DNA of 64,000 nucleotides from contig CP068257.2 in assembly GCA_009914755.4 (NCBI GenBank), positions 44,736,001-44,800,000 on the forward strand, read 5' to 3'. Below are positions 58,400 to 64,000 of the stretch, one piece after another; within the stretch, counting starts at the first letter, position 1; each line of letters begins with the position of its first letter. The notes below the pieces were generated by a model, which was given only the letters and a program-made list of their open reading frames with translations, searched no databases and had not been told where the DNA came from. This stretch comes from the human T2T-CHM13v2.0 reference genome, Homo sapiens. The position numbers and the translations under genes are program-made.

Positions 58400-58862
58400 G
58401 TACTGTTGTCTGGATGGACCACAGTTTGTTGATCCATTCACCCATCGAGGGACATTTGGATAGTTTCTAGGTTTTGGCAGTGATGAATCGAGCCACCATA
58501 AACTTTCATGCATAGCTTTTTGGGAGAAAATAAATGTTCACTTCTTTCGGTTCAGTACTTAAACTGAATGCATGGCTGATTCATGTGTAAGTATATATTT
58601 AACCTTAAAAGAAACTGTCAAACTGTTTTCTATAGTTGCACTACCGTTTTACATTCCACCAGCAATAGATGAGTGTTCCGGGTAACCACGTTCTCATCAA
58701 CATTTGGTAAGGTCAGTCTTTTTTTCTAGACATTCTGGTAGATATGTAGTGGTATATCCTAGAGTTTTGTATTTCCTTAATGACTAGTGATCTTGAGCAT
58801 CTTTTTCTATGCTATTTGCCATCCATATTGTGGGGGAAATGTTTGCTTAAGTCTTTCAGAAA
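58400..58862 (+). mobile_element. Old L1 3' ORF2-end fragment, sense. It lies in opposite orientation to the adjacent L1 piece, so this may be a twin-priming-type inversion or two separate insertions.
   Basis: Similarity to the conserved L1 3' region as I remember it: tccattcacccatcgagggacatttgg..., ctgttttctatagttgcactaccgttttacattccaccagcaatag. Confidence 0.55.
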
Positions 58863-58864
58863 GT

Positions 58865-59230
<366 letters not shown>

Positions 59231-59332
59231 TGAACGCTTTTTTTTGATACATGATTTGCAGGTATTTTCTCCCAATGTATGGCTGGTCTTTTCATTCTCT
59301 TAACAGTATGTTTTGCAGAGCAAAACTTTTTA

Positions 59333-59632
59333 CTTTTTTTTTTTTTTTTTTTTTGACAGAGTCTCTCTCTGTTGCCCAGGCTAGAGTTCAGTAGCGCATT
59401 TTTGGCTTGCTGCAACCTCCGCCTCCCAGGCTCAAGCAGTCCTCCTGTCTCAGCCTCCTGAGTAGCTGGGATTACAGGCACCCGCCACTATGCCCAGCTA
59501 ATTTTTGTATTTTTAGTAGAGACGGGGTTTCTCCATGTTGGTCAGGCTGGTCTCGAACGCCTAACTCAGAAGATCCGCCTGCCTTGGCCTCCCAAAGTGT
59601 TGGGATTACAGGCGTGAGCCACTGTGCCCCAC
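59333..59632 (-). mobile_element. Alu SINE, antisense
   Basis: Poly-T head, gacagagtctctctctgttgcccaggctagagttcagtagcgc...gtgagccactgtgccccacc. Confidence 0.9.
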
Positions 59633-59744
59633 CAGATTATACTTTTGAAGTTCTGAGAGCTCTTTCCCTAGCCCAATTTTCCTGAGAAATTTCATAGTTT
59701 TACTTTGCATTCAGGTCTCCTTGAATATGCTTGCATACGCTTTT

Positions 59745-60039
59745 TGCTTTTTATTTTTCTTTTTTGACACTATCTTGCTCTGTCGCCCAGGCTGCGGTGC
59801 AGTGGCGCAGTCTCGGCTTACCGCAACCTCTGCCTCCAGAGTTTAAGTGATTCTCCCACCTCAGCCTCCTGAGTAGGTGGAACTACAGGTGCCCACGCCC
59901 GGCTAATTTTTGTATTTTTACTAGAGACCAGGGTGCACCGTGTCGGCCAGGCTGATCTTGAACTCCTGTGCTCAAGTGATCTGCCTGCCTCAGCCTCCCA
60001 AAGTGCTGGGGTTACAGACGTGAGCCACCGCGCCCGGCC
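59745..60039 (-). mobile_element. Alu SINE, antisense
   Basis: tttttgacactatcttgctctgtcgcccaggctgcggtgcagtggcgcagtctcggc...gtgagccaccgcgcccggcc. Confidence 0.9.
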
Positions 60040-61334
60040 TCAGTTCACTGATTTCAGGTTTTGGTGTTTTACATTTAGAGCTACCTTCGTATGCTGGCTC
60101 CAGTATTTTAACGTGATATATGCGTTGTGATTATGACCGTCTTCAGTGCGCACCCCTTGATTCCAGTTTATTTAGTGCATTTAGGGAATGAGCAGAAGCT
60201 GCGTATAATCAGAATTGTCCTCGAAATTCCTTCGCGTGCCTGTAGAGTACAGAGACAACGGCCGGTGCCGCACACAGTAAGGCACGCGACGGGGAGCAGA
60301 ATGTGCAGCGGGCATTCCTAGCCCGCAGCTGGGAGGCTGCTTTTGCTAAATGCATGGTGTTGTTCATCGGTGGTAAATGCATAGGAAGGTGTTGTTGACA
60401 GCGTCCAAACCAAAGCCACAGGTTCATCCGGTTCCTTTGTTTTTTTTCTGTAGGCCAGATTTGCATTTGAGTCCAGAGTAATTGTGAGGTAGTTCCAGAG
60501 AAACCTGGAGTTGTTATGAAACCCTCAGTTTTTTGGAAGAACATATTAGTCTATAACAAATAGTTTTAAAATTGTTAGAGCACAAATGGATTAGAATTTT
60601 TCTATTTTTTGTCATTACCAGGAATGTTATCTTAAGAGAATAGAGTTTGGAGCTATATTGACATACATCTCAATCCTAATTTTCCACTTACTGTTTTTAT
60701 GGGTTTAGAAAGATGTTTAATATCTCAGTTTCAATTTTCCTGTCTTTAAAGTGGAAACAATCGTATTTCCTTACATGGCTGAGGATTATGTTTCATGGCA
60801 CAAGTAAACTCACTTCGATGCCTGGTGTCACCGAGTGGCAGTGGCAGAGACGCCTCATCACCAGCGTCACCACGAGCAGTGTTGGGATGGAAGGGGAGCG
60901 TGCCCGGCTCACCGCTTTGTTGGTGCAGATTCTCTGCCTAGGTTTCTTACTTTCCTCCTGGAGTCAGAATGACACCTAAAATCTAATGCACCTTCAGGAA
61001 AATCAAACAAATCAAAGTTGTTTAAATATTAACAAAATAACATTTAAAGGGTGGTGAAAGCATCATTCTGTAGACGTCCTTGCATGGAAAATGACTGCAT
61101 TAGAGCTTCGTCCCACGATCAGACGTGGAGCACAAGGTGTGCACCAGGGCCCAGTGGCAGCCAAGGTGGGTGTGGAGTGCATCCGGCACCAGCAGTTTGC
61201 TTCTATGGCTGCTTTGTTTTTCACGCTATGGAGTCTTCACTCCAAGAATGCATTCAGGATGTAACGTGCCCTGAAGTAGGGACATTCGGAAGTGGATACA
61301 TTTAATTTGCCTCTGAAATGTCCTCTCTCTTCAG

Positions 61335-62213
61335 GTCATATATACCAGAAGTTCTGAGATTGAAGAGCTGAAAGCCACTATTGAAAATCTGCAAGAGAAT
61401 CAGAAACGATTACAAAAGGAGAAAGCAGAGGAAATTGAACAACTCCATGAAGTCATTGAGAAGCTGCAGCACGAGCTGTCCCTCATGGGGCCTGTGGTGC
61501 ACGAAGTCAGCGACAGTCAGGCTGGCAGTCTGCAGAGCGAGCTGCTCTGCTCCCAGGCCGGGGGCCCTCGTGGGCAGGCCCTACAGGGCGAGCTCGAGGC
61601 TGCGCTGGAAGCCAAGGAGGCCCTGAGCCGGCTGCTGGCTGACCAGGAGCGCAGGCACAGCCAGGCCCTGGAGGCCCTGCAGCAGCGCCTCCAGGGCGCA
61701 GAGGAGGCTGCGGAGCTACAGCTGGCTGAGCTGGAGCGCAATGTAGCCCTCAGGGAGGCTGAGGTCGAAGACATGGCCTCCCGGATCCAGGAGTTCGAAG
61801 CGGCCCTGAAAGCAAAGGAAGCGACGATTGCCGAGAGAAATTTAGAAATCGACGCTCTGAACCAGCGGAAGGCGGCCCACTCTGCCGAGCTGGAGGCCGT
61901 CCTGTTGGCCTTGGCCCGCATCCGCCGCGCCCTGGAGCAGCAGCCCCTGGCAGCCGGGGCGGCGCCTCCCGAGCTGCAGTGGCTCCGAGCGCAGTGTGCC
62001 CGCCTCAGCCGCCAGCTGCAGGTGCTGCACCAGCGGTTCCTGAGGTGCCAGGTGGAGCTGGACAGGCGGCAGGCCCGCAGAGCCACAGCTCACACACGGG
62101 TGCCCGGGGCCCACCCACAGCCTCGCATGGATGGTGGCGCCAAGGCCCAGGTCACCGGCGACGTGGAGGCCTCCCATGATGCTGCTTTGGAGCCGGTTGT
62201 CCCTGACCCACAG
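61335..62213 (+). CDS. PCNT: Large coding exon (879 bp, 293 codons), phase 0 to 0; encodes VIYTRSSEIEELKATIENLQENQKRLQKEKAEEIEQLHEVIEKLQHELSLMGPVVHEVSDSQAGSLQSELL...RQARRATAHTRVPGAHPQPRMDGGAKAQVTGDVEASHDAALEPVVPDPQ
   Basis: Acceptor tcctctctcttcag|, donor |gtgggc at 62214. Same frame as track ORF 61485..62273. The antisense track ORF 61517..62086 is a GC-rich artefact. Confidence 0.85.
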
Positions 62214-62982
62214 GTGGGCTCCCCCCGCGGGCCATGGCAGGGTATTTTTTTTTACTCTCCTTTTCTCCTTTGATGTCAATGACTTCTCTCTGCGCTGGGC
62301 ACTGGGGGCTGCAGTTGTCATGGTGGCTCATGACACAGCGGAGAAAGGGGGCCTGAAGCTCGGGCCAGCCTGGGCCTGTTCCGTGTCAGTACGCAGTGAA
62401 GCTGGGCTGAGGATTTCACTGTTTTGTACCATTTTAAGCTTATCGTTTTAAGCTTTTAAAAACAATTCTTTCTTTCACATAATAGGGACTGTCCAGTGAA
62501 ACGGAGCTCACTATGTGAGGAGGGTCCGCTTAAGCTGCTTCTCTGGTTTCTAACCAAATGGTTTGTCTGTCGATGAGCAGTGCCTGTGTGAGATGTGGCG
62601 AGCGAGCTCTTCTTTTGGAGCTGGAGGCCCTGTAGGGAGTCGTCTTTTAAGGCTTCCACTTGTATTTGAGCAGAACCTTGGGAACTTGGTGCCTACCACC
62701 CCCACACCAGCTGGGTCTTTGTAGAGTGGCTCCCACTCTCAGATGCCCCAGTCCACCTTGCTCTGTGGGGTCGTCCTGGGTCGGGGCAGCTTTCTGCTGG
62801 GTCCTCAGCCCCGTTCCCATGTGGCCTGCTGTGGACCAAGGTGCTCGGCTGTGGATGTCACTGCCACCTCCCTCTGGCATCCCTGCTGGCTGCCGTACTG
62901 GTTCCCAGCTCCAGGCCACCTGAGGGGCAGCCCCAGCAACAGCCTCCTGCATGCTCAGCTTTCCTCTGTCTCCTCTGTCAAG

Positions 62983-63138
62983 GGTGATCTGCAGCCTGTC
63001 CTGGTGACGTTGAAGGATGCACCTCTCTGCAAGCAAGAAGGCGTGATGTCAGTGCTCACCGTCTGCCAGAGGCAGCTGCAGTCGGAGCTGCTCTTGGTGA
63101 AAAATGAAATGCGCCTGAGTCTGGAGGACGGCGGCAAG
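62983..63138 (+). CDS. PCNT: Coding exon, phase 0 to 0; encodes GDLQPVLVTLKDAPLCKQEGVMSVLTVCQRQLQSELLLVKNEMRLSLEDGGK
   Basis: Acceptor tttcctctgtctcctctgtcaag|, donor aag|gtgtgg at 63139. The donor is the first copy of a 60-bp tandem repeat. Track ORF 62743..63696 reads through the exon into that repeat. Confidence 0.8.
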
Positions 63139-63535
63139 GTGTGGGGAGGGGGGAAGGCGCGAGGTCCCCCCGGGAGAGGCTGGACACGCGGCAGCAAGGT
63201 GTGGGGAGCGGGGAAGGCACAAGGCCCACCCGGGAGAGGCTGGACACGTGGCAGCAAGGTGTGGGGAGCGGGGAAGGCGCGAGGTCCCCCCGGGAGAGGC
63301 TGGACACGCGGCAGCAAGGTGTGGGGAGCGGGGAAGGCACGAGGCCCACCCGGGAGAGGCTGGACACGCAGCAGCAAGGTGTGGGGAGGGGGAAGGCGTG
63401 AGGCCCCCCTGGGAGAGGCTGGACACGCGGCAGCAAGGTGTGGGGAGCGGGGAAGGCACGAGGCCCACCCGGGAGAGGCTGGACACGCGGCAGCAAGGTG
63501 TGGGGAGGGGGAAGGCGTGAGGCCCCCCTGGGAGA
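63131..63535 (+). repeat. GC-rich 60-bp VNTR, ~6.7 copies (unit gcggcaaggtgtggggagcggggaaggcgcgaggtcccccccgggagaggctggacacgc). The first copy contains the last 8 bp and the donor of exon 62983-63138.
   Basis: Direct reading. Every unit repeats g(c/g)agcaag|gtgtgggga, so it carries a donor-like site. The unit is 60 bp (20 codons) and stop-free in the exon frame; one copy is 59 bp. Confidence 0.9.
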
Positions 63536-64000
63536 GGCTGGGTGCAGAACATGTGGGTCTTGCCCTGGGCAGAGGCGGGTATTCTGCTGAGGTGAGGAGC
63601 ACAGTCCGTGCCTGCAGTGACATGTTCTCTGAATCCTTTCTGTTCTGTAACGAGCTGTCCATAACTGTTGTGAAATTTCGTACGTGCTTCATTTAAGCCA
63701 CTCTGTAGAAACAATCAGTTGGGTTTTTTTCTTGTAATTGATCCAAATGGATTTAACTGTGCTCGAGGGTTAGTCCTGGTTTGTCTTTTCATGGGAGGAC
63801 CACATCGCCCCCGTGGGCCTCACCTCAGCTCAGGACTTTGATGGCCAGCGTCTGTTTTACTTTGAAAGGCCTCAGATTTATTCTTGTAATCTGTTCACCT
63901 CACTCCATATTGTCACTTGAAAAAAAGCTGGCACTTCTTTTCCCCGGGGAAGGAGGTTGCACCTTGACCATCTCAAATTGTAGCAGGGTGGAGATTTAGC

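Noticed and set aside
61517-62321. Antisense ORFs 61517..62086 (189 aa) and 61842..62321 (159 aa)
   Set aside because: They are the reverse strand of the 879-bp GC-rich coding exon 61335-62213. GC-rich coding sequence is commonly open on the opposite strand. The sense frame gives a clean coiled-coil peptide with correct splice sites.
62743-63696. 317-aa + strand ORF
   Set aside because: It is a composite of intron, the real exon 62983-63138, and a read-through of the in-frame 60-bp VNTR. The ORF is not a single coding unit, although the read-through frame is noted as a finding.

Overview
This window is primate (human-type) nuclear genomic DNA, not a prokaryotic locus. It covers an internal stretch of one large coiled-coil protein gene on the + strand. 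I identify the gene from memory of its peptide sequence as pericentrin (PCNT, chr21q22.3); the gene assignment has confidence about 0.7 and I could not run a search to confirm it. I can support 21 consecutive coding exons, including a 21-bp micro-exon. Each has a polypyrimidine-AG acceptor and a GT donor. The codon phases across all 21 junctions are mutually consistent, with no frameshift or stop anywhere in the chain. Both ends of the gene lie outside the window. The remaining ~93% is intronic: at least 35 Alu elements (mostly antisense to the gene), old L1 fragments, microsatellites, and at least ten distinct minisatellites. The largest is a 4.1-kb array of a 34-bp unit with a ~1.05-kb higher-order periodicity. 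Most long ORFs in the supplied six-frame track are artefacts of these tandem repeats, of GC-rich sequence, or of the antisense strand of real exons. Nothing here supports a CRISPR array, operon, or any bacterial or phage system. The points worth follow-up are eukaryotic: (1) a 242-bp copy of an exon plus its acceptor sits inside an Alu ~700 bp downstream of the original; (2) an intronic, stop-free, splice-compatible coiled-coil-like segment that I believe is outside the canonical transcript; (3) a 60-bp in-frame VNTR that begins within the last codons of an exon and duplicates its donor site; (4) an unusually high minisatellite density, typical of subtelomeric sequence. Coordinates of repeats are approximate (about +/-5 bp); exon coordinates were checked codon by codon.
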